Shown here: positions 18,767 through 28,444 of the stretch, in pieces
Layout of the letters: every line of letters starts with the position of its first letter
Numbering within the stretch: the stretch's first letter is position 1
Origin: an uncultured Rickettsiales bacterium
Lineage (GTDB): Bacteria; Pseudomonadota; Alphaproteobacteria; Rickettsiales; RI-342
Length of the DNA: 64,000 nt
Direction of reading: 5' to 3'
Assembly (NCBI GenBank): GCA_964435165.1
Contig: CAYSXY010000002.1
Location: forward strand, 8,126 to 72,125
The notes under the pieces: generated by a model
Database searches by the model: none
What the model was told of the DNA's origin: nothing
Seen by the model: the letters and a program-made list of their open reading frames with translations, nothing else
Position numbers and translations under genes: made by a program

Positions 18767-21370
18767 ATGGATATGAACCGCTACACCGACCGCGCCCGTG
18801 GATTTATTCAGGCTGCCCAAACAATTGCTTTGCGTGAAGGGCATCCGCAACTCACGCCCGAGCATCTCTTCAAAGCATTGATTGACGACAATGAAGGGGT
18901 TGCGGCACGCCTCATTGAAGCAGCTGGTGGCGATGTACGTACAGCGGCCAGCGGCGTGGAGCAGGCACTGGCAAAGCTGCCAAAAGTTGAAGGGCAGGGC
19001 GCTGGGCAAATGTCCCTCAGCCCTCAAACAGCGCGAGTATTCGGCTTTGCCGAAGAAGCAGCCAAACGCGCTAAGGATGATTTTGTCACGGCAGAGATGT
19101 TGCTCCTGGGTCTGAGCATGTCAGACGATGCCGATGCAGGAAAAATACTGGCAGAGGCTGGCGTGACACCGCAAAAGCTGAATCAGGCGATCAAGGATTT
19201 GCGCAAAGGCAAAAAAGCCGATTCAGCCAATGCCGAGAGCAATTATGAAGCACTGGAAAAATACACCAAGGATCTGACGGCGCTCGCCAGTGAAGGCAAG
19301 CTTGACCCGGTGATTGGCCGTGATGAAGAGATTCGCCGCACCATGCAGGTGCTCTCGCGCCGCACGAAGAATAACCCGGTGCTCATTGGTGAGCCGGGCG
19401 TGGGGAAAACAGCCATCGTTGAAGGTTTAGCTCAGCGCATCATCGCCGGGGATGTGCCGGATAGCCTCAAAAACAAACGATTATTGACGCTTGACCTTGG
19501 CGCGCTCATTGCCGGGGCGAAATATCGCGGCGAATTTGAAGAGCGGCTCAAAGCGATTTTGCAGGAAGTCACCAGCGCTGCCGGGGAAATTATCCTCTTT
19601 ATTGATGAAATCCACACGCTGGTGGGAGCGGGTGCGGCTGAAGGCTCGATGGATGCGTCCAACTTGCTCAAACCTGCCCTGGCACGAGGTGAGCTGCATT
19701 GCGTTGGTGCGACAACGCTTGATGAATATCGCAAATATATCGAAAAAGACGCTGCCCTTGCCCGGCGTTTTCAATCAGTCTTTGTCGCTGAGCCGACAGT
19801 GGAAGACAGCATTGCGATCCTGCGTGGGTTAAAAGAAAAATACGAGGTGCATCACGGGGTGCGCATCAGCGACACCGCCATTGTGGCGGCCAACACGCTT
19901 TCACATCGTTACATCACTGACCGCTTTTTGCCGGATAAAGCGATTGATCTGATGGACGAAGCAGCAAGCCGGTTGCGCATGCAGGTGGATAGCAAGCCGG
20001 AAGAAATCGATGAATTGGATCGAAAAATCATCCAGTTGAAGATTGAACGTGAAGCGCTGAAGAAAGAAGATGATGCGGCATCGAAAGACCGGCTGGAAAA
20101 GCTGGAAAAAGAACTGGCCGATCTGGAAGAAAAGGCCCGTGAACTCACCGCCAAATGGGAAGCCGAGCGCGACCAACTCGATGAAGGCAAACAGCTCAAG
20201 GCCAAGTTAGAAGAAGCACGAAAGCAATTGGAAATTGCTCAGCGTGAAGGCAATCTCGGCCGCGCCGGGGAGCTGACCTACGGCATCATTCCCGATCTGG
20301 AGAAAAAGTTAGAGACGGCGGAAGCTGATGATGGCACCGTGACGTCCGAGATGTTGCGCGAGCAGGTCACCGCAGAAGATATCGCCTCCATCGTCTCGCG
20401 CTGGACAGGAATCCCAGTTGAGAAAATGCTGGAAGGGGAACGCGAAAAACTACTGCAAATGGAAGAGATTATCGGCCAGACTGTCATCGGCCAGTCAGAT
20501 GCGGTGCGCGCCGTCAGCAACGCCGTGCGCCGTGCCCGCGCCGGCTTGCAGGATCAGGACCGGCCTATCGGCTCGTTCCTCTTCCTCGGCCCGACAGGGG
20601 TCGGAAAGACTGAGCTGACCAAGGCCTTGGCCCAGTTCATGTTTGATGATCCTGCGGCCATGCAACGCATTGACATGTCTGAATATATGGAAAAGCACGC
20701 TGTGGCGCGGCTGGTGGGCGCCCCTCCGGGCTATGTCGGTTATGAAGAGGGCGGGGTGCTGACCGAGGCCGTGCGTCGGCGGCCATATCAGGTCATCCTG
20801 TTCGATGAGGTGGAAAAGGCGCACCCGGACGTGTTCAATATTCTGCTTCAAGTGTTGGATGAAGGTCGCCTGACGGACAGTCAGGGCCACACCGTTGATT
20901 TTCGCAATACCATCATTGTCTTAACCTCAAATCTTGGGGCAGAATATCTGGTCAACGCCAAGCCGGATGATCACCCGGATGTGATTCGCGAGAAAGTGAT
21001 GGAGGTGGTGCGCGGGGCGTTTCGACCGGAATTTTTGAACCGGTTGGATGAAGTCATCCTGTTCCACCATTTGGCTCGGGAGCATATGGACGGCATTGTC
21101 GAGATTCAACTCGCGCGGGTAGAGCAGCGGCTGGAAGATCGCAAGATTGTGCTGCAGTTGGAACCCTCGGCGAAACAGTGGTTGGCCAATGAAGGTTATG
21201 ACCCGGCCTATGGGGCGCGTCCGCTCAAGCGCGTTATCCAGCGTGAATTGCAAAATCCCTTAGCAACGCTCATCCTCGACGGCACGGTGAAAGATGGCGA
21301 CACCGTCACCATCGCCGCCGGGGAGGGCGGCCTGACCTTCAACAACCGCCCGGTCAAGGCCGTGGCGTGA
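18767..21370 (+). CDS. clpB: ATP-dependent chaperone ClpB
   Basis: Two AAA+ modules ([13 protein letters not shown]; [14 protein letters not shown]), a long coiled-coil middle domain and a Clp N domain. The likely start [10 protein letters not shown] at 18767 follows SAGG aaggaag; the track ORF starts at 18677. Confidence 0.95.
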   Translation: MDMNRYTDRARGFIQAAQTIALREGHPQLTPEHLFKALIDDNEGVAARLIEAAGGDVRTAASGVEQALAKLPKVEGQGAGQMSLSPQTARVFGFAEEAAKRAKDDFVTAEMLLLGLSMSDDADAGKILAEAGVTPQKLNQAIKDLRKGKKADSANAESNYEALEKYTKDLTALASEGKLDPVIGRDEEIRRTMQVLSRRTKNNPVLIGEPGVGKTAIVEGLAQRIIAGDVPDSLKNKRLLTLDLGALIAGAKYRGEFEERLKAILQEVTSAAGEIILFIDEIHTLVGAGAAEGSMDASNLLKPALARGELHCVGATTLDEYRKYIEKDAALARRFQSVFVAEPTVEDSIAILRGLKEKYEVHHGVRISDTAIVAANTLSHRYITDRFLPDKAIDLMDEAASRLRMQVDSKPEEIDELDRKIIQLKIEREALKKEDDAASKDRLEKLEKELADLEEKARELTAKWEAERDQLDEGKQLKAKLEEARKQLEIAQREGNLGRAGELTYGIIPDLEKKLETAEADDGTVTSEMLREQVTAEDIASIVSRWTGIPVEKMLEGEREKLLQMEEIIGQTVIGQSDAVRAVSNAVRRARAGLQDQDRPIGSFLFLGPTGVGKTELTKALAQFMFDDPAAMQRIDMSEYMEKHAVARLVGAPPGYVGYEEGGVLTEAVRRRPYQVILFDEVEKAHPDVFNILLQVLDEGRLTDSQGHTVDFRNTIIVLTSNLGAEYLVNAKPDDHPDVIREKVMEVVRGAFRPEFLNRLDEVILFHHLAREHMDGIVEIQLARVEQRLEDRKIVLQLEPSAKQWLANEGYDPAYGARPLKRVIQRELQNPLATLILDGTVKDGDTVTIAAGEGGLTFNNRPVKAVA

Positions 21371-21572
21371 CGGCTTAACGTCATTCCCGAGAGCATAGCG
21401 AGTCGGACCCAAAGGGAGGTGCAGCCAAATCCATTCAGCCATAAGGCGAAGCGATGACGATCAATAGGTCTGACTAATCCATATGACACAAGTCAGGGTG
21501 AGTGAAGAGGTGAGATCAGGCAGCCCCATAGGGCCGCCCTCTCTCGGGTGTGAATTGGGAACGGGTTGGTAA

Positions 21573-21998
21573 TTAGGCGTGTGCCACTTCCTCAGCGTAC
21601 CAGCGGTCCATCTGGACTTGGTCGCCACTCAGGCTGAGTCGCACTGCGGTGCCCGCATTTTTGTACGGGACGACGCTTTCCAGCGGCTTTTCACGCCATG
21701 GCGATGACCTGAAAACACGCCAGTTGCCATTGTCTTCAAGCTGGAGTTTGATGTGGATGTTGTTATCGCCGATAATCGGTTCAACGACTTGGACTTGCTC
21801 CAGCGGCACCAGCACGCTCAACGGCATTTCGTGGGCATATTCGCTTACAGAGTTCGGAAGTACCGTCAGTAGATTGCTGAGGTCTCCAGCCCTCCCTGAT
21901 AGTATTTCCAAGCTATGATTCGACCAGATCGAGAACGTTATATCTCCACCTGCCACATCACCTTTCCTCACTACTAGTTCAATGATCGTTCCTTGCAT
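21573..21998 (-). CDS. hypothetical protein (141 aa)
   Basis: The ATG at 21998 has an excellent SD (aAAGGAGctgtgtcATG). No family recognised. GC is lower than in neighbouring genes. The track ORF extends to 22115. Confidence 0.45.
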   Translation of the reverse strand: MQGTIIELVVRKGDVAGGDITFSIWSNHSLEILSGRAGDLSNLLTVLPNSVSEYAHEMPLSVLVPLEQVQVVEPIIGDNNIHIKLQLEDNGNWRVFRSSPWREKPLESVVPYKNAGTAVRLSLSGDQVQMDRWYAEEVAHA

Positions 21999-22262
21999 GA
22001 CACAGCTCCTTTTGAGTGTGCTATTGGCGGCTTCCTCAAGGGTCGCGCGCCATATTCCATCGATAAACCCTATGACGAACGTCAGAGGGGTAAAGCATGG
22101 GATGCTAGTTATCACAGGAATATGAGGCTTTTATGACAATATTGGGGTTGCCCCCATGCTGTACCTTACCGTCAATGTTTAAGGTTGCGGGAGATTCTTG
22201 CCCTCTTCCCATTAAACCCTTTGTAACCCTTCTTTTATAAGCTGGTGCGTCGACATCACTAC

Positions 22263-22514
22263 ATGGGTTCAACCATGCTTTTATTGCTAATTTTACTGCT
22301 GTTGCCGTCTCCTGCCTTTGCCTATATCGATCCGGGCACCGGCAGCCTCATTTTTCAGGCATTGGTAGCCATGCTTGCCGGGGTGCTGGTGTTTTTCAAC
22401 ACGCTGAAAATCAAGGTATTGCAATGGCTGGGCAAACTGCCTCCACCGGAAGAGAGCGAGGCAGACGATTTGGACCAGCGCCCTTCATCACATAAAGATG
22501 ATCATGTCGGCTGA
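22263..22514 (+). CDS. small membrane protein with YIDPGTGS motif
   Basis: Two hydrophobic helices (LLLLILLLLPSPAFA; LIFQALVAMLAGVLVFF). Overlaps the next gene by 17 nt. The start is uncertain (22245 GTG, 22263 or 22275 ATG). Confidence 0.45.
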   Translation: MGSTMLLLLILLLLPSPAFAYIDPGTGSLIFQALVAMLAGVLVFFNTLKIKVLQWLGKLPPPEESEADDLDQRPSSHKDDHVG

Positions 22515-23883
22515 GCCGCACCCGGCCTCATTTCGTGACCCCAAGGCCCACATATGCTGTCATGACGGGCGCATATTACGCATGTTGACTGACGAGTATC
22601 TGCCGGACTACCGCCAATTGATGGATAGTGGGCTTTATGATGCCTTACAGGAAAAGCAGTGGCTTATTAGCCATCACGAACTCTCAGCCAATGACGCGCC
22701 GGAAGGCGTGGACGCTGCGCTGGTGCTGGAGCATCCCGTCATTCCACTCATCACCTATCCCTATGAATGGTGCTTCTCGCAGTTGAAAGAGGCCGCGATC
22801 CTGACCCTGAAGATTCAGCAATTGGCCATGCGCTGCGATATGGAGTTGAAAGATGCCTCGGCATTCAACCTGCAGTGGCAGGAAGGGCGCTGGCTGCACA
22901 TCGATACGGCGTCGTTCACACGCTATAAAGAAGGGGCGCCCTGGGTGGCCTATCAGCAATTCTGCCGCCACTTCCTCGCGCCACTATTGCTGATGGCTTA
23001 TGGAGACTTACGCGCGAACGCGCTGATGCGCGTCCATCTGGACGGCATTCCGCTGGAGTTGGCCTCCACCCTGCTGCCCTATAAAACCCGATTAAAGCCC
23101 GCTATATTGATGCATATTCACTGGCATGCCCGTTCGTTGCAATCGGCCATGCAAGGTGGGGCAGGCAAGCGCGACCACCAGGTGCCCAAAGCACGACTTG
23201 AAAAGCTCATTGATCACCTGACATTGACGGTTCAGGGTTTGTCGCTTGCCAAGACTCTGACACGCTGGGGCGATTATTATACCGATACCAATTACAGCGA
23301 CGCGGCGCGCCTGCACAAAGAGCAACTGGTGCAGCAATGGGTCGCTGAGATGGCACCCTCCACCCTGTGGGATTTAGGCGCCAATACCGGCCATTACAGT
23401 AAGATCGCGCAAGGACAAGGTGCGAAAGTAGTGGCGGTGGATGAAGACCCGCTGGCGGTTGAGCGGCTCTATCACACCTTGGGGCGTGGCAATGATGCGC
23501 TGCAATGCCTGCGGATTGATCTGACCAATCCATCTCCAGCACTTGGCTGGGCGCATAAAGAGCGCGCCAGCCTGCAGCAGCGCTGCAATGCAGATATGTG
23601 TATGGCTCTGGCCTTAATTCATCATTTGACCATTGGCTGCAACATTCCTTTTTCGCATGTTGCTGGCTGGTTCAGCCGACTGGCGCCAACGCTGCTCATT
23701 GAATTTGTCGATAAAGCCGACTCACAAATTCAGGAAATGCTGCAACACCGCGAAGATGTGTTCAGTGATTACAATCTGGCATCGTTTCGCACTGCCTTTG
23801 GCGAGTATTATGACATCGTGCGCGATGAGCCGATCACAGACAGTCAGCGACGCCTGCTGCTCATGCGTCGTCGTGAGGCATAA
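22498..23883 (+). CDS. class I SAM-dependent methyltransferase with a large N-terminal domain
   Basis: SAM motif I LWDLGANTGHYS, followed by VVAVDEDP. The roughly 280 aa N-terminal domain (ASFRDPKA...) is seen in NoeA-like methyltransferases, recognised from memory. Confidence 0.6.
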   Translation: MIMSAEPHPASFRDPKAHICCHDGRILRMLTDEYLPDYRQLMDSGLYDALQEKQWLISHHELSANDAPEGVDAALVLEHPVIPLITYPYEWCFSQLKEAAILTLKIQQLAMRCDMELKDASAFNLQWQEGRWLHIDTASFTRYKEGAPWVAYQQFCRHFLAPLLLMAYGDLRANALMRVHLDGIPLELASTLLPYKTRLKPAILMHIHWHARSLQSAMQGGAGKRDHQVPKARLEKLIDHLTLTVQGLSLAKTLTRWGDYYTDTNYSDAARLHKEQLVQQWVAEMAPSTLWDLGANTGHYSKIAQGQGAKVVAVDEDPLAVERLYHTLGRGNDALQCLRIDLTNPSPALGWAHKERASLQQRCNADMCMALALIHHLTIGCNIPFSHVAGWFSRLAPTLLIEFVDKADSQIQEMLQHREDVFSDYNLASFRTAFGEYYDIVRDEPITDSQRRLLLMRRREA

Positions 23884-23886
23884 GAG

Positions 23887-25527
23887 ATGGTGAGCAAATC
23901 AACTTTGCCAGCCTATTGGTATCTTCCGGCTGTGACCGGGCTTATCGCCCCGTTGGAAGCCTATCGCATTGGCCATGATTGGTGGTCCGTCGGCGACACG
24001 TTGCTGCCAATTATGCTGATTATCCTGTTTGCGTATGCGGTGGCAGCGTTGGTCTATTGGCGTACAAAAAACGGGCCATTTTCCTTACTCATGGCGAGCA
24101 GCGCCACCTACCTATTGTTCAAATATGAAGAATTGACGATAGCCGTGAGTGCTATTGGGCCATGGATAGTCCATGATACGTTTCCAATCTTCATCGCGAT
24201 GATGATGATTGCGCTCATGCTTCGGCTGCTTGGCCATGTGCTGCGCCAGCCAAACGCTCTGCTGGCTCGCCGAGCGGTGCATGTGTTGATTCTCGTTCAC
24301 GCCGGGGTGCTCGCCGCGCTTGCAGCTCCGGTTGCTATCTCACATTCATGGCTGAATCATGACAAGACAGCATCACATGAGATGAGCATGGAAGCCGTGG
24401 ACGTCACGTCACCTGACCGCGAACTGCCGGATATCTATTATATTATTCCGGATGGTTATGCGAATGCGCGCCATGTGTTGCAGCCACTATATGGCATGGA
24501 GGCCAACCCGTTACTGCCGTTTTTAAGAGAAAAAGGCTTCTATATCGCTGAGGATAGCCGGAGCAATTATGTGCAGACAATGCTGTCGATACCTTCCAGC
24601 CTGAATATGGAATATCTGCAAACCATCTATCCGGAAATGAATCCGAAGGAAGCGAGTCGGGCTCCTTTATCCGGTTTGGTAAAGAATAACACCGTGATGA
24701 ATAACCTTCGTCATTTGGGATATGATATCAATATCCTTGAAAATGGTTTTTTGGATCGCGAAGAATCTAATGCGCTGATGTCCCTCCACGATAGGGTGAT
24801 CAAGATGTCACCGCTAACATTACTGACTTTCTTTCAGGCGGGGTACAATTTTAATCGCTTACATATTCAGTTGATTGAGGATGGAATCGCTGCGATCAAA
24901 CAGGCGGCACACCGCACAAATCACGCAAACCCTGTATTTTTTCTCGCACATTTTATCAATCCTCACCCCCCTTTCCTGGCAACCAGGGATGGGTGGATTG
25001 AGCCGGGGCCTCTCTACCGACTGTCTGATGGATCACACTTAATCGATTGGTGGGGCATGCATGACCTGCATGGCGATAATCGAGAAGAACGCCAAGCCTA
25101 TTATCGTGAAGCGTACCGTGACCAATTACTCTATTTCAATACACGCATCATGGAGATGGTTGAGACAATATTGGCGCATAATGCACGTCCGGTGTTGATT
25201 ATACTGCAGGCAGATCATGGTCCAGGCTCGCTCTGGCGTTGGGATGTGGCAGACAAGCAGGCGATCGGGCCTGCCAGTATCAATGAGCGTACCGGCATCA
25301 TCAATGCCTATTATTTTCATGACCAGCGCTATGATGCGCTATATCCGCACATCACCCCCGTCAATAGCTTTCGGGTAATGCTCAACCAGTATTTTGGACA
25401 ATCCTTACCTTTGCTGGATGATCGCGTCTTTGTCTCATTGTGGGAGCGGCCCTACGATTTTCGTGACGTCACGTCCCAACTGCGCGACATGAATCATAAC
25501 GAGGCCAGCAGGCCGGGTCAGCCTTGA
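23887..25527 (+). CDS. membrane-anchored sulfatase-like (alkaline phosphatase superfamily) hydrolase/transferase
   Basis: About five N-terminal TM helices, then PDIYYIIPDGY, FLAHFINPHPPF and ILQADHGPG, which are typical of LTA-synthase / phosphoethanolamine-transferase-like sulfatase folds. Confidence 0.6.
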   Translation: MVSKSTLPAYWYLPAVTGLIAPLEAYRIGHDWWSVGDTLLPIMLIILFAYAVAALVYWRTKNGPFSLLMASSATYLLFKYEELTIAVSAIGPWIVHDTFPIFIAMMMIALMLRLLGHVLRQPNALLARRAVHVLILVHAGVLAALAAPVAISHSWLNHDKTASHEMSMEAVDVTSPDRELPDIYYIIPDGYANARHVLQPLYGMEANPLLPFLREKGFYIAEDSRSNYVQTMLSIPSSLNMEYLQTIYPEMNPKEASRAPLSGLVKNNTVMNNLRHLGYDINILENGFLDREESNALMSLHDRVIKMSPLTLLTFFQAGYNFNRLHIQLIEDGIAAIKQAAHRTNHANPVFFLAHFINPHPPFLATRDGWIEPGPLYRLSDGSHLIDWWGMHDLHGDNREERQAYYREAYRDQLLYFNTRIMEMVETILAHNARPVLIILQADHGPGSLWRWDVADKQAIGPASINERTGIINAYYFHDQRYDALYPHITPVNSFRVMLNQYFGQSLPLLDDRVFVSLWERPYDFRDVTSQLRDMNHNEASRPGQP

Positions 25528-25745
25528 GCTATGCCTCATCGCTGAGTCAGTAGACGAAGCGGGAGGCAAAACAAAAAGTGGCCACCAGCCTTGAGCCAGC
25601 CTCATGGGGATGCAACGCATCACCGGAGGCGAACACAATAACTCCAAGCCAGCCTTGATCTGCTCTATGTGGATCCGCACGCCCACTGCAAGCGCTTATC
25701 TCACGTCGAGCATCGCTGAGTCAGTAGATGAAGCGGGAGGTGATA
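25519..25745. repeat. degenerate tandem repeats (about 64-67 bp period) bounded by two 30 bp near-identical copies
   Basis: cagccttgagNNNgcctcat recurs at 25519, 25586 and, degraded, at 25650. catcgctgagtcagtagaYgaagcgggagg occurs at 25537-25566 and 25711-25740 with 1 mismatch. The first unit overlaps the stop codon of the sulfatase-like gene. Confidence 0.6.
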
Positions 25746-25746
25746 A

Positions 25747-25849
25747 TATAGCCATTCACATTAATTTTCATACAATCTGAATGGCTATGAGGCCGCGACT
25801 CCTGCCTGCGCCATAGTTGGCGCGTAAGCCTTAGTGGGAAAAGCTATAG
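25747..25849 (+). repeat. 103 bp dispersed two-hairpin repeat, copy 1
   Basis: 100 of 103 positions are identical to 60165..60267. Hairpin 1 pairs atagccattca (25748-25758) with tgaatggctat (25778-25788). Hairpin 2 pairs tgcgcc with ggcgcg (25807-25824). Confidence 0.85.
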
Positions 25850-25977
25850 TCGTTTAAAGTTAAATGACTATATAAATGTGTCATTGCCGGGCCTGACCCG
25901 GCACAATCCGGATGACTGGTTTGAAAGTAACACGCGATAACGTTGCGATAGAGCAAGGTAAAGCTTCAGGTTTCTCG

Positions 25978-28443
25978 CTATTTCGAGGTGGCGATAAACA
26001 CACCATTCCAGTCAGCCGGTGGTGGTGATATGCGGAAATCAGCAATGCGCTCACGATATAATGCCCAGAAGATATTAAGGTCTGGCCATAATTCCTCGCC
26101 CTTGGCAATTAATTGCTCGGCAACATCAAATTTCTGGCTGCGATAGGCATTGAGCATTTCGGTATTGAGTGTAGAGAGTGCTTTGAAACGGTCACTCGAT
26201 GCCATCATATTGTCACCTAAAATAGCAAAAATACGGACCGGCTCTGTTTTGCCTTTCACCTGAAGCAGGTCAAGTTCGATGATGGCAAAGGTACCATCCG
26301 GTAACTGATTGACGGAATATTCACTGATAACGATATCTACGCCATAGGTTTTCGACTGGCCTTCCAGGCGGGAAGCAAGGTTTACATGGTCACCCAATGC
26401 GGAATAATCAAAGCGCTGGTCAGACCCCATATTACCGACGCAACAATCACCGGTATTGATGCCGATACCAATAGCAATGGGGATATGGGGGCGACCTTCA
26501 TTTTTTGCCTCGCGCTCCATATAGCGATTCATACGGTTTACTTCGTCGATCATATCCAGCGCAGCCTGGCAGCTACGCACCGGGTGGTTGGTCACCGGCA
26601 GCGGGGCATTCCAAAATGCCATAATGGCATCGCCCATATATTTGTCGATAGTCCCTTTATGTTCCAAAATCACATTGGTCATAGGTGTAAGGAAGCGATT
26701 GATGAATTTGGTCAGTCCCTCTGCATCAAATTGCTCCGAGATCGTGGTGAAACCACGAATGTCACTGAATAACAGGGTAATGTTGCGTGTCTCACCCCCC
26801 AATTTGAGCTTGTCCGGGTTATCCGCCAGCTCTTCGAGCAAGGCCGGAGAGACATAGTGAGAAAAGGCCGTTTTGACCTGCCGCCGTTCCTGTTCTTCGC
26901 GGATGTAATTAAGGTAACTCAGGCTGACAGACATGCCGAAGATCACCAGGCTGGGAAAGGCAGCATCGATCAGCATCTGCCGTGTCATATAGTAATGCCA
27001 GGCGGTATAGCACAAAATACTGATGAGACTGACAGAAAGCAGGAAGTTCCATAAAGCACTAAGCCGTGGTACCAGTGCTATCAGGAGCAGGCCGGCGGCG
27101 ATCATCATGCCGAGTTCGATCATAATGGCGAAATCTGGCCGGGTCAGGTGGGTGTGTGAGAGAATATTCTCCAGCACCTGAGCATGCACTTCAACGCCGG
27201 GAAGGGCGCCGTTTATCGGAGTCGCCCGGATATCTTTCAGCCCAATGGCCGAGGTGCCGATAATCGCCAAATGTCCTGCCAGCCGCCGCTCTGGGTGTTT
27301 GACGGTTTTTAAGAGTATATCCGTTGCCGAGACATAGATGGGGTCGGTGATGTTATAATTGGCAAAATGCACCCATATCTCGCCATAAGGCGTGGTGGGA
27401 ATTTCATATCCGCCGCCAAAGCCGCTTTTAACAACAATACTTTCAATACCGCTACCATCTTTGTGGGTTTTGAGGAAATAATCATCTCTTCCTTGCAGGG
27501 CAACGCGGATCATCTCCAGCGTCAGGGCTGGAAATATCTGGTCACCGACACGCGACATTAAGGGCACCCTGCGATAAATACCGTCCTGATCCGGCTGCGA
27601 TGAAAACAAGCCAATCCCGTTCGCGGCCTCTTCAAGCAATGGCAGGTTGCGGATGATACCAGGATAGCGCGGCAGAAATGGCTTTGGGTCATTATTCATA
27701 AAGCCGAAACCAACTTTACGCGGGAGGTTTTCCAGTTGCGTCGGTTTGTGCGTACCCACATGACCCAGTACGACCCGGCTGTTAGCAATAGCTTGACTAA
27801 AAACATCTTCATTGCTCGGAAGTGCGCGTAAAATATCCTGCACGCCGGATTCCAGCCCGTCGATTTCTTCCGCCAGTTTGGGAGGAGACATGCGATCTTC
27901 CTCGGCAAAAATCATATCGAAGCCCACCACCATCACGCCATATTCAGTGAGGTTCTGCACCAGTTGCGCGATGAGGGTACGCGGCCATGGCCATTGACCG
28001 AACTCGCTTAATGATCGATCGTCAATATCAATGATCACCACGCCGGCTTCCATTGTGGATGGGTCTGGCTGGCGCGGTTCAATACGCTGATACATATCGA
28101 ATGTTTTATGGCGCAGCATCTCCAACGTAGGATTGTCGCCTGCATTGACATATAAAATGCCCGCTAAAAAGCCAAAGCCAAGCAGGTAATGGAAGGCCAT
28201 GCCGCGGATCAGGCCGCCCATTTTGCCATAGGCACGCTTCCACAGACCAGGCGATACTTCTTTCTTAGTGCGAGACGAGCGGCGTTGAGACGATGAACTG
28301 CCGCTTCGTCCTGTTGATGAACGACGGTGTGAATGACGACCCTCGCGTGATGACGATGATGAACGCCGCCGTCTGCGGCGCTTCTTCCTATCGCCCTGAG
28401 TTGAATTATCGTCAGCAGAAGGAGCTTTCGGTTCATCGGTCAT
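25978..28443 (-). CDS. CHASE2 sensor domain adenylate/guanylate cyclase (class III)
   Basis: 821 aa. Has a TM helix, a periplasmic domain of about 300 aa, three TM helices, and a class III cyclase domain (ITLLFSDIRGFTTISE, KYMGDAIMAFWNAP, GINTGDCCVGNMGS, ALGDHVNLASRLE). The ATG lies 1 nt after the HlyD stop. Confidence 0.85.
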   Translation of the reverse strand: MTDEPKAPSADDNSTQGDRKKRRRRRRSSSSSREGRHSHRRSSTGRSGSSSSQRRSSRTKKEVSPGLWKRAYGKMGGLIRGMAFHYLLGFGFLAGILYVNAGDNPTLEMLRHKTFDMYQRIEPRQPDPSTMEAGVVIIDIDDRSLSEFGQWPWPRTLIAQLVQNLTEYGVMVVGFDMIFAEEDRMSPPKLAEEIDGLESGVQDILRALPSNEDVFSQAIANSRVVLGHVGTHKPTQLENLPRKVGFGFMNNDPKPFLPRYPGIIRNLPLLEEAANGIGLFSSQPDQDGIYRRVPLMSRVGDQIFPALTLEMIRVALQGRDDYFLKTHKDGSGIESIVVKSGFGGGYEIPTTPYGEIWVHFANYNITDPIYVSATDILLKTVKHPERRLAGHLAIIGTSAIGLKDIRATPINGALPGVEVHAQVLENILSHTHLTRPDFAIMIELGMMIAAGLLLIALVPRLSALWNFLLSVSLISILCYTAWHYYMTRQMLIDAAFPSLVIFGMSVSLSYLNYIREEQERRQVKTAFSHYVSPALLEELADNPDKLKLGGETRNITLLFSDIRGFTTISEQFDAEGLTKFINRFLTPMTNVILEHKGTIDKYMGDAIMAFWNAPLPVTNHPVRSCQAALDMIDEVNRMNRYMEREAKNEGRPHIPIAIGIGINTGDCCVGNMGSDQRFDYSALGDHVNLASRLEGQSKTYGVDIVISEYSVNQLPDGTFAIIELDLLQVKGKTEPVRIFAILGDNMMASSDRFKALSTLNTEMLNAYRSQKFDVAEQLIAKGEELWPDLNIFWALYRERIADFRISPPPADWNGVFIATSK

Positions 28444-28444
28444 C

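Noticed and set aside
25537-25740. Two 30 bp near-identical direct repeats, considered as a possible mini-CRISPR.
   Set aside because: There are only two copies, separated by 144 bp rather than 25-50 bp. The intervening DNA is itself a degenerate tandem repeat, and there are no cas genes in the window.
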